Below are positions 53,640 to 64,000 of a stretch of DNA of 64,000 nucleotides, one piece after another; within the stretch, counting starts at the first letter, position 1; each line of letters starts with the position of its first letter. The notes beneath the pieces were generated by a model, which was not told the DNA's origin, did no database searches, and saw only the letters and a program-made list of their open reading frames with translations. The DNA is taken from assembly GCF_018350175.1 (NCBI RefSeq), contig NC_058369.1, positions 21,392,001-21,456,000 of the forward strand, in the 5' to 3' direction. A program made the translations under genes and the position numbers. This DNA is from Felis catus (Eukaryota).

Positions 53640-54120
53640 CAAATCCATTCATCCACCCATCTAGTGGCTGGGCCACTAGCCAGGCACTGAGACAAAGGCG
53701 AAGGCAGCTGGCCAGCAGGAGGGCAGGCACGCAACCATATAGTGAGGCAAGTGCTAGAGAAGAGGTATGTCTGAGGCAGAGCGAGGGCATGAGGGAAGGA
53801 TGACCACGTTTGCCTGCCTGGGAGGGCCTTGGTCAGGAGACACTTCACTGGTGCGAGGTGGCCAACCCAGGTCCTGAAGGTTAGCAAAGTTGAGCGAATG
53901 GACCAGGGAGGGGACAGAGCACACACCATGAGCTCAAAGGTGCAGGGACATAACACGGCAGACAAATGGAGCAGAAGCCACACGACGGAGGGTCTTGAAT
54001 GCCAGGCTAAGGAACCTGGAATGAATTCATAGGGAAGGAAAAGCCAGGGCAGAGTGCTAAGCAGAGTCAAAGACATAGTTGGGATCGTGTTTTAGAAACA
54101 TGGCTCCGAATCATGTAGAT
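53640..54120 (-). mobile_element. L2 3' fragment
   Basis: ccattcatcc tail, ccaggcactg and gggtcttgaatgccaggctaagga motifs typical of L2. Confidence 0.55.
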
Positions 54121-55167
54121 GGTGGGTTTCTGGGGCTGGAGAAAATGCTGGCTGAGCCCTAGCACCAGGCGGGGGTGCTCCTGGCTACAGAACAGCCAGC
54201 GGGGTGGGGCGCTCCTTCACCAGCAGGTCGACCTCAAAAGGCAAAGGACCGCCCAAACTGGCACTTTCACCTTGGGTCTGCAGACTGTCTCCACGGGTCT
54301 ATCCCCTGACACAAACACCGAAAGTGCTGCATGTGTGATGTCGCCCCTCACAAAAGTACCAAGGAAGAAACACCACAATGCAAGCCTATGGGGGGTCCTC
54401 GTTACTAAGGCAGTGGGTGAAAACCAACAGCAGAGCTCCGAGTTTCCAATGAGCGTGCAGGAGGAGGACACAGGGAGGGAGAGCTTGGTGCCCGAATCAA
54501 CCGACCCTGCTACTTTAAATGAAAACAGGCAGTCTGCAGTCTGCAACGCAAGGACTACCTGTACACAGAAACAAAACAGGTATGGTGCTCAGAGAGACAT
54601 TTTGATAGACCAACAAGCAGGAGGAACTGTAAGGACATCTGTCACTCTGCTGATACATCACAGATCCCCAAATGTCAACAACATCAAAGAATCTGGAGGT
54701 GGGGCGAGGAGGTTGTGCTGGCCCAAAAGGTTCTCAAAGGCAGGGGTCTCCTCCCCACAAGTACCCAAGTCTCACTGAGGGCCTGGGTGCTGGGGGATGG
54801 AGACGCAGAGGAAACTGGGCCAGGAGAAAACAATCTGGAGGGAAAGCCCCCAGTCAGGACCAGGGCCACTTCATGGGCGTTTGTGCTTCTGCCTCAGGGG
54901 CCTCTGTCCTCATCAGTATAAAATAAACATGTCCTGAGGGGCAGCACCTTCTCATTCTGAGGAGACACACGCTCAAGTACCAGGATGGCTGCAACTCACT
55001 GGCAGTTAGTTTAGGGAAAAAATTACACCTTATATAATCATATAAAGTAACTACATATTACACAGGGTGTAATTATAACACATTGTAATAAATACAATCT
55101 CAGTAATTATGTAATAAACCTATTATTTATATTAATATGACACATAACATATGAACGGAGGTAAATG

Positions 55168-55541
55168 TGGTGTCACGGGAAAAATTGTATCCTCACTCCC
55201 TGAATTCACGCTGGGGGAGTTCCTAACCCCCAGTACCTCAGAATGTGGCTGTAGTTAGAGAGAAAGTCTTAAAAGAGGGAATTAAGGTAAAAGGAGGTAA
55301 TACGGGTGGGTCCTATTCCAACATGACTGGTGTCCTTTTACAGAGAGATTAGGACCCACACAGACTGAGGGGCGATCCTGTGAGGTGCCATCTGCGAGCC
55401 AGGGAGAAAGGACTTGGAAGAATGCGATCCTGCCCACATCTTGACCTGGCACTTCCAGGCTCCAGACCTGTGAGAAGAGAAATTTCTGGTGTCCAAGCCC
55501 TCCAGTCTGTGGTACTTTATGGCAGCCCTAGCACACTAACA
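55168..55541 (+). mobile_element. MLT1-type solo LTR
   Basis: cctaacccccagtacctcagaatgtg ... ccagtctgtggtactttatggcagccctagcacactaaca. Confidence 0.75.
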
Positions 55542-55644
55542 CGTGTGGCAACACAGTAGTTGGAGAACCCAGAGGAAGGCTATTTGAGTATTCACTAAAT
55601 TACTATTTAGATTTTTCTGTAGGTTGAACATTCAAAAACAAATG

Positions 55645-55835
55645 TTTTATGTTTATTTGAGAAAGAGAGAGAGAAAGAGAAGGAATGAACAGGGGAGGGG
55701 CAGAGAGAAAGGGAGACAGAGGATCTGAAGCAGGCTCCATGCTGACAGCACAGAGCCTGAAGCGGGGCTCAAACGAACCGTGAGATCATGAGTTGAGCCG
55801 AAGTCAGATGCTTGACTGAGCCACCCAGGCGCCCC
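55645..55835 (-). mobile_element. CAN-SINE
   Basis: T-rich tail, GA tract, ends gagccacccaggcgcccc. Confidence 0.88.
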
Positions 55836-56215
55836 AACATTTTGAAATAAAAAGTTGAGAGGAAAACATACTGTAAAAGCATACACCAGGACAACCATTT
55901 CATCTGGCAATATCAATCAAAATTTTAAGTGCCCAGACCCCTTTAACCTTCAATGCACTGCCAGATGTATGTTCTACAGGCACAACATGTGTCAAGATAT
56001 ACAGGGATCTTCACTGTAATATTGTCCTAACAAGTACCCGGAAAGACACCAATGTTTGCCAGTGTGCGGCTGGGTATATACGTCACAGTACTATGCAACA
56101 TTAGGCTGTCACTGAAAACAACAAGGTAATCTGCACGGACTCATGTAGAAAGATTTCCAAATTATATTAATAAATTGCAGAAAAATATGCCTACCACCAT
56201 TCTGTTCATACCCTT

Positions 56216-56289
56216 TTTATTTTTTTAGCCTTTAAAAAAGATTTTATTTTTATTTTAAGAGGGTAGCTTTTTTTTTCTTTTACTTTATT

Positions 56290-56338
<49 letters not shown>

Positions 56339-56558
56339 CCCAAGCAGGCTCTATGCCATCAGCATAGAGCCTGATGTGGGACTTGATCTCACAAAACCTA
56401 AGAACATGACCTGAGCCGAAATCAGGAGTCAGATGCTCAACTGACTGAGACACTTAGGTATCCCTAAAGATTTTAAGTAATCCTTACACCCAATGTGGGG
56501 CTTGAACTCAAAACCCGAGATCAAGAGTTGCATGCTCTACTGAGCCAGCCACGTGCCC
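56216..56558 (-). mobile_element. Older short CAN-SINE interrupted by a younger CAN-SINE (56247-56465)
   Basis: Inner element with a long (GA)n run is flanked by TSD aaagatttta (56237-56246, 56466-56475). The outer element resumes with agtaatccttacacccaatgtggggcttgaactc. Confidence 0.8.
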
Positions 56559-56575
56559 ATGTTTATACCCATTTT

Positions 56576-56798
56576 TTTTTTAATTAAAAAAATGTTCTTA
56601 ATGTTTACTTATTTTTGAGAGCGACAGAGAGAAAGAAGGGGGGGAGGGGCAGAGAGAGAGGGAGACACAGAATCCGAAGCAGGCTCCAGGCTCTGAGCTG
56701 TCAGCACAGAGCCTGACATAGGGCTTGAACTCGTGAACTGCGAGACCATGACCTGAGCCAACGTTAGATGTTTAACCAACTGAGCCACCCAGGCACTC
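56576..56798 (-). mobile_element. CAN-SINE (feline type)
   Basis: gcaggctccaggctctgagctgtcagcacagagcc body; ends gagccacccaggcactc. Confidence 0.9.
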
Positions 56799-57011
56799 CT
56801 GTTCATATCCATTTTTAAAGGATATATATTTATGTTGGTGTTATGCATGTGTTTTTTCCCTAGAAGGGTACATGGCTATTAATAAGAGCTGCCTTTGGTG
56901 AAAGGAATTATAGATCAGGGGAATAGACTTTCTACATCATTCTGAATGGTTTAAAACATTCTTCTAATCTCACATTGTTTTTATGTCAATGAATTAAAAA
57001 TAAACCCTTCA

Positions 57012-57214
57012 GGGGCGCCTGGGTGGCTCAGTCGGTTAAGCGTCCGACTTCGGCTCAGGTCATGATCTCACGGTCCGTGGGTTCAAGCCCCGCGTCGGGC
57101 TCTGTGCTGACAGCTCAGAGCCTGGAGCCTGTTTCAGATTCTGTGTCTCCCTCTTTCTCTGACCCTCCCCTGTTCATGCTCTGTCTCTCTCTGTCTCAAA
57201 AATAAATAAATGTT
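57012..57214 (+). mobile_element. Young-looking feline CAN-SINE with ~17-bp TSD
   Basis: CpG-retaining head ggggcgcctgggtggctcagtcggttaagcgtccgacttcggctcagg; TSD aaaaataaacccttcag on both sides. Confidence 0.92.
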
Positions 57215-59776
57215 AAAAATAAACCCTTCAGACACCTGTGCTAATACAGCAAAGCGGGACATGGGGAGATGTGGTGTGGGTCATGGGGGCCTATGGGACA
57301 AGAAGAGAGAAGAATGTGTGTGCGTGCTGATCATGCTCGCAGGTAGGGGTGCAGCCTCACGTAGGAGCACCTCAGACAGAATTCAGAACCCACTCGTGAT
57401 TCTCCAGAACAGAGCAGTGTGACTCCTGCCTTCTTCCTCTCCATCTGCCATCCCCTCCCCCCTAGAACATTTCAGAGTCTAAAATCTTTTTATTTTTTAA
57501 TTAAAGGCAGAAGAAACATTAAAAGAACTCCTCCAGATCTAATGTGGCAGGAAAACTCTGGAAGCTGCTCTGCCACGCAGTCATGCTGTACTGCGGGGCC
57601 TGCGGTGTGACAGGCCCCATTCAGCAGCAGACGAAATAGACACAATTCTTGCACTTCTCGCATTCTCCAGGCAGGGAGAGGGAGGGGAGAGGATATGTGG
57701 AGAGTGGCAGGATGGCGACTTGACACCAAAGTGGGAAAGGACAGTGGGCTGGAAATGGGTTGGCAGATTGCAGATCAGGAGGTCTAGAAGGTGAGCCAAT
57801 GTCCAAAGAAAGGCAGGGGTGAGTCATAGGTGTCTGCGGAAGAGCCCTCAGGCGGAGGGCTGGGGCCAGCGAGCGGCATGAATGTGGGCATGAGGTCAGA
57901 CAGCCCAGGCCTCGTGGCCAGGGTGACCTGGGGGTGGCCAAGGGCAGGGGGCTGTGGTCTACTGTTGCTGTGCTGAGAGCGGCCTGAGGGCACCAAGGCA
58001 GGAGCGGAGAGGCAGATTAGGCCACTACAATAACCCTGGGTGACTGGGTGCTCGGCCTGGGTGGTGGAGGAGAGCGCGACCAGAGGTGGGAACCGCAGGG
58101 TACCTTCCGCAGTGAACCTACAGGATTTGCCGACAAGGTGGATGCGGGTATGGTGGGGGCTGACACAGTTCTGCCCATTTCTGGTTTTGTTTTGCTGGTG
58201 GTGGTTGGGCAGGGAGGGGGGGTGTTGGGGGGGTTTGTGGGAACCTGGAAGACACGAGACTTCTGTGCACAAGAAATGAGCTGCCCCCGAGTCCCTCATG
58301 GACAGTGAGCCAGGCACCAGTCCCGTGGAAACACGCCCGTTCCCTGCAGGAGCCTGGAAGCTGCTCCCTGGGAAGCCATGAACAACAAGGCTTGAGCAGA
58401 GAGTGGTTCAGACAGAGCCACTGGACAGATGAGTTTTGCTCAATTATTGGTGCTTCTATAGGATGCAGAGAACTGAGATGGGGACAGAAGCCAAAGCACA
58501 GCACAAGCCACCCTAACACTCACCGCACAGCCTGGGGCAAGAGGCTGGGAAGGACAGCACAACTCCAGGGTAGGTCAGGTCCTTGAAGGCGGGATACCAG
58601 AATCTCAGGCTGACAGCCTCAAAGAGCCCCCAGTAGGAAAAGGAAGGAGCAGAGTGAGGGGTGGAGCAGGGACAGGAGAGGGACTGTCGGGGTGTGCAGT
58701 ACTCAGCGGTCCCTGAAACCTGGCACCCAGACCCCATTCCACTCCTTTGACAACACTGTGCACCACCACCTCCAGGCTGTGGTGGGGCCCTAAGCAGGTG
58801 CTCTGCATTTACGCACACGTGTCCTGAAGACAGGCATGGGGTCCTGTCACCTCTGAAAAGGAGTAGTGGCCAAGAGCCAGGCAGATATGGCTTGGAGTTC
58901 TGTCTTTGCTACTATGTAGCCAACTGACTGTGTGTAAAAAAAAGGGGGGGGGGGCTGCCAGGTTGGTGTCAGGATTACATGAGAACAAACAGGTGGAAGA
59001 TGCTGGCACAGACACATGCTCAGGAAAGCGATCTGCACTCAGGGGTCCCTGCCCTGGCCCTGCTTTCCCATTCCTCCTCTCGGTGTCTACTCTCCTCAGG
59101 CCTGGGGCTGAACCACCTCGTCTTAGTCTCTGGGTCCCTGAGAAGCATGTGACCTTGGGTCTGCCATCTGCAACATGGCCTCTCTACAGGGGCCTAAATG
59201 CTAGGAGGGTCCCAGGGTTCCCCAACCCTGTTATCCTCCCTGGGCTGACTCCCCAGTGCTCTGAGTGCTCTTCTGTCTCTCTCTTCTGCCTCTCCATGGT
59301 CTGTCCTCCCTCCACAGGCTCCCCTTCTAACCAGGATTTCCAAGGTGAGGGCTCTCCAGCGTCCTCCCCCGGCCAGCCCTCGCTCCCTGGCTTCACAGAA
59401 TGGATGCATCCTCTGCTTGGGGACTCCTTACCTTCCTCTCCGACTCAACTGTCAATCGCCCCTGACAATTGTGCAACTCAAGTCTTCTGGATGTGTCCTT
59501 TTCCCCATTTCTACCACCAAAGTAGTCGGGGCCTCATGACTGCTTTCCTGTGCTAAGCAGACTGCCTCCTAACAGGGCTCCCTGCCCCTGGCTCTCTGAC
59601 CGCCCCACCCACCTGTGCTTCCCTCCACTACACTGAGCACCAACTGTGCCCGGGACATATCACTGGATAATACAGCCGGGTCCCTGCCCTCAGGCAACTT
59701 TCCATCCGTAACAGTGCACATCACTGTTGACTTGCCTGAAACACCGCTCCCTTCTTTCCTAATCTTACACATTTTT

Positions 59777-59986
59777 TAATTTGGGAGAGAGTACGTGTGC
59801 CTGCACATGGGATAGGGGCAGAGGGAAGGCGGGAGAGGGAGGGGGAGAGAGAGGGTGGGACGGCGAGGGAGAGGGAGAGAGAATCTTAAGCAGACTCTCA
59901 GTGCGAGCCTGATAGGTGCCTAGATTGTAACCTAGGCCGAAATCCAAGAGTCAGATGTACAAACTACTGAGCTGCCCAGGTGCCCC
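59777..59986 (-). mobile_element. Diverged CAN-SINE
   Basis: Ends ctgagctgcccaggtgcccc; imperfect TSD tcttac(a/c)cattttt at 59763 and 59987. Confidence 0.8.
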
Positions 59987-60178
59987 TCTTACCCATTTTT
60001 GAATTAAAATACATCTTTTGGAAGAGATGAACATATACAAACTTCAGAGTACATTCTTTCGGCTAATATTTGGATGGTATATCCTTTTTAATGTCTTTTT
60101 TTTTCAACATTATATTTAAGGTGGGTCTACCGTAAACAGCATATAGGTGAGCTTTCCCCTATAAATCTGGCTCACAAT

Positions 60179-60615
60179 TGTAGTGGGTTGAATAGTTGTC
60201 TCCAAAAAGATGTCCAAATCCTGACCCCCCACCCATACCTGTGAATGTGACCTTATTTGGAAAAAGGGTCGTTACAGGTCATTAGGATACAGAACTTGAG
60301 ATAAGATCATCCTGGATAAATGAGGTGGGCCCTAAATCTAATTACCAGTGTCCTTGAGAGACAGTAGAAGGCAAGGGGAAAGGAGAAGGCCTTGTAAAGG
60401 CAAAGGGAGAGGCTGGAGCGTTGCAGCCACACCCCTGAAGAGGAACCCCTGAAGAGGAGGAGATGGGGAAGGATTCACCCCCAGACTCACTGGAGGGAGT
60501 GTGGCCCTGCCAACAGCTTGATTCTGGGCTTTGAGCTTCCAGAAAGGAGAGAACTTCAGTTGTGTTAAGCGAAGAAGTTTGTGATTATTTGTATGGCACC
60601 TCTAGTAAACTAATA
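60179..60615 (+). mobile_element. MLT1-type solo LTR
   Basis: Starts tgtagtgggttgaatagt, contains acctgtgaatgtgaccttatttggaaaaagggtc, ends aaactaata. Confidence 0.78.
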
Positions 60616-60700
60616 AAGGCATTTTTTTTTCTCCTAAAAAAAAAATCTGAAGACTACAAACACCCTCAGTGAGAAGTCTCCCTTCTGTCTGAAATCCCAG

Positions 60701-60906
60701 GCCATGTTTCCCTTCTCAGAGCCAACCACTGTCACCCAGATCTTGCACAGCCTTCCAGAGACACGCCACATGAGACCAAAGATGGACAGATGTCTCTTTT
60801 CAGGCCATGTTTCCCTTCTCAGAGCCAACCACTGTCACCCAGATCTTGCACAGCCTTCCAGAGACACGCCACATGAGACCAAAGATGGACAGATGTCTCT
60901 TTTCAG
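60701..60906. repeat. Perfect 2 x 103-bp tandem duplication
   Basis: 60701-60803 is identical to 60804-60906. Confidence 0.95.
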
Positions 60907-61597
60907 AGACAGACAGACACCCACATACTTTACACACTGTGGGACCTTGCTGGTCTCATTGAAATTTCACCTCCTGTACACGCAGCTCTGCCTCTTTTGT
61001 CAGAGGCTCTGTGGTCTGCCATGGTGTGGCCGTGCACCACGCAGTGAACGTCCTTGCCACGTACCGGCCATGCCCGTGTGGGTGAATGTCTAGTGGCGGA
61101 CTCGCCGCGTCAAAGGTCGCGTACATGCAGCCGATTCTGTCACACCGCTCTCCAGGGGGTGTGGCAATTCCCACCACTGCCCGTTTCCCCACATCCCTGC
61201 CAGCAGGGAGCAGGAGCAAACCTTGCCAATCTGATCACCGGACAGGCTGCCTCCTCCGCATGGCTTCAGTGTGTACTAACCGGGTCACGTGGGTGCCCAG
61301 ATGCCCGCAGGGCTCGCTGCTGCCCAGCACCTCCGGTGGGGCTGGCAAGGCCCCCACCTGGCCCCTTCTCTCACACGTGCTCTCGGCTCACGCCCTCCCT
61401 TGAGGGGGCAAGGCACAGCGATCACTCCTGTAGAAGTTCTGCGTACCCCACTTCGCTCTCCCTTTCAGAGCCTTGCCGGTGGTGCTCCCATAGCCTTGCT
61501 GCATGACAGAGGACAGCTGAGTTTCACATACAGGTGTTTTCTTTCATGTCATAAGGAGGAAGACATAAGAGGTGGTGTTAAAAATCACAGGGCTTGA

Positions 61598-61708
61598 CGG
61601 GGGCGCCCGGCTGGCTCAGTTGGTGGAGCATGTGACTCTTGATCTCGGGGGTTCTGAGTTTGAGCCCCATGTTGGGTATTGGAGATTGCTTAAAAATAAA
61701 ACCTTTAA
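61598..61708 (+). mobile_element. Short older CAN-SINE
   Basis: gggggcgcccggctggctcagttggtggagcatgtgactcttgatctc head, A tail, imperfect TSD aaaaatcac(a/g)ggg(c/t)ttg. Confidence 0.8.
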
Positions 61709-64000
61709 AAAAATCACGGGGTTTGGAAGGGGAACAATTACCATGTAGTCCTATTTAGAAACTGAGTCATAAAGAGCACAACTGTTTTGAAATTAAACCA
61801 CACAATTAAGAGAGCCATTTGGTCAATGTCAGGCACAGCCTGAGAGAAGCAGAGCTGCCAAGAATGGAAGAGACAGTAAGAAGCTGCTTAGCTACCAGGT
61901 GGAGAGAAAGAAAGGTTTATGGTCGAATGGAGGTGGGGTTAACAGGGATTTTGCAGACTCAGTTACTGGGTAGTGGCAGTCCGTTGCACCTCTCCTGATC
62001 TGAGGACATTTCCCAAACCAGCACGTGGAGGGAAGACTGCCACCCCGCCCTGCGGATACAGCACAGGAAGAGACTCCTGAACCCGGCAGTGCTCTTGGCA
62101 CAGCGCTACCCTCTGCTGTGAAAATCCACGGAGGCAATCCAATTACATACGGAATATAAATGTGTGGAATGTTCATGTTCTTGCGCCCAAAGCATAATCT
62201 TAAAGCAGGGGGGTGATCACAGACCACACTGTGGCCACATTAGCTTCTATTTCAAAATGTGACACAACAGAAGACAACTTGGATGGCTCTGCCCCACATG
62301 CTACAGGGAATCACAGACGCATGCTCTTCCCTGGGGCCAGGAAACCACAGGTCCTTTCATGACATCATGGGTCTAGGGATGTGAGAAGGTTTCCCACCCC
62401 ACGGGAAGCTCCAGAGACCATGAGCTCATGCCAGAAGTTGATGTACTTTCTTGCTTTCTTCTTTCTTTTCTTGCTTTCTTCCAATGGGCTGGAGCCAAAA
62501 AAATCCCTCGCACTTTTGGAGCTTTCTGTCCACTGACACACTGCTGACCTGGACGTGATGGCCTCTTTTTTCAAGGTGTACCACAGGTCAGTGTCCCATC
62601 CAAGACAGGCTTCCATCGAGGGCAACAGACTGTTCACCACGGCGAATGGCAAACAGCCCCAGGCCCCACTCAACAGCAAGTCCGCAGCAAACCAGCTGCC
62701 ATTAATGCCAGCGAGGGACTGGTTCATAAAGTAGGCAGTTTGGACTCTCAGTCAGAGTCAGAAGGGTCTTTGAGGGTCCAACACCTCCAGTGTAAAGAGC
62801 GGAGAAAACGGAGGGGAAGGGGTGATCCCTCCAGGATCACCGCATAGTTACTAGTGGACCTGGGATGAAGTACAAGCCACCTGAGCCAACCTCTTTCCCC
62901 CAACTGGCCCTGGCTGGGCCAGAGACCTCAAGCCACACTTTGCTGGTTCTGTAAGCCCAGTACCCCAGTGCTCAGAAAGGACAGAAACTGTTCTGGGTGG
63001 TGGTGAGCAAATCCACTCTCACTAGCAGAACCAGCAATCAAGGAAAATGTTTCCGCACTTTCCCTAGGTTATAAACAGCCAAGCCCTATTCCAAACCTCC
63101 TAATGCCCGCAGTGGTAGGAAAAGCCCAGAGGTACCAGTTCCTTTAGGGCAGGACAAAGTCCCAGAAAGTCACTGAGGCAGACTGCTGGTTGCCTCACTA
63201 AAACCTACATACCCCCTTCCTCCCTTCCTTCCTAAGGCCTCAGCTACACAGCTGACAGACCACATTCCCAGCTGGGGGAATGACCTTGCAGCTGGCGGTG
63301 ACCACGGGACTAAGTCCTAGCCTATGAGAGTGTTAAACACAGGGTGATTACTTTTCAAGGAGAAATGAAGGGCCCACTGATTCTTACAGCAAGGAACTAA
63401 AGGCAGCCAAGTTGGGGTTGCCTTGAAATCTAGTCCCTGCTTTATGAAAAATGTTGTCATTTTAAGCAAGTCACTTTTCTGGGTCTCAGTTTCCTCAGCT
63501 GTCTACTTAAGAGGGTCAATGTGGGGAGAAAAGCATCTGCAGCTGTGGCCACCATCACTGGCTACTTATGATAGGTACTTTACACATCATTATTTCTAAC
63601 CTTTATGACAACCCTGAAAGGTATCATTCTCATTTTACGGGTAAGGCCAAAAACGGCACAGGCAAGGTCTGTCTACATGCATGGCCCTCTGACTGCAAAG
63701 CCCATATCTCCACTGTCTCGAGGAAGCCTAATACAAGGCAACGAAGATTCTCGCATGAATGAACCATAAGGGTAGAAGGGGCATTGCCTTGGTGCCCAGG
63801 AGGCTTCCTGAGACCAGGGCCCATCTCCATCACCTCAACAGGGAGGCCTCCTGACCCCAGTCTTCTTCCCTTAAACCCGCCCTCACGTGAGCTAGAGTGA
63901 ACTGAGCATGACACCACCTTGGTCAAGCCTTTCAGTGTGTGTCCCACCTCCCCTTCCTCCGGGAACACAACTCAGGCTATTTGGGCTCACAAACTGGGCC

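Noticed and set aside
57012..57090. tRNA-like A/B boxes
   Set aside because: The tRNA-derived SINE head, not a tRNA gene.
57023..57205. ORFs such as [23 protein letters not shown]...
   Set aside because: Translations of CAN-SINE sequence.
60431..60458. 14-bp tandem duplication acccctgaagagga
   Set aside because: Minor slippage event inside an old LTR; no functional implication.

Overview
Mammalian genomic DNA from a feliform carnivore, probably a felid (judged from the CAN-SINE style). It holds the syntenic ITIH3-ITIH4-MUSTN1-STIMATE(TMEM110) cluster. I built the exon structures by hand from GT-AG sites and reading-frame continuity. ITIH3 (+) is partial, with its last 16 exons at 567-10154. 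ITIH4 (-) is complete at 13833-29789 and converges on ITIH3. MUSTN1 (-) is complete, 82 aa, at 32346-33868. STIMATE (-) has exons 2-8 at 39168-53288, a ~3.6 kb 3' UTR, and exon 1 beyond the window end. Introns carry CAN-SINEs, MLT1 solo LTRs, MIR/L2/MER58-like relics and microsatellites. I find no wholly new biological system. The most interesting items are: an apparently decayed or re-bounded exon in the modular proline-rich bait region of ITIH4; microexons with tandem acceptors next to the ITIH3 DPHFII cleavage site; an in-frame cryptic donor allowing STIMATE-MUSTN1 read-through; a STAT3/HNF1 acute-phase promoter; serial SINE insertions at one target site; inverted SINE pairs; and a perfect 103-bp tandem duplication. 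Repeat family names come from recalled consensus features, and repeat boundaries are approximate.
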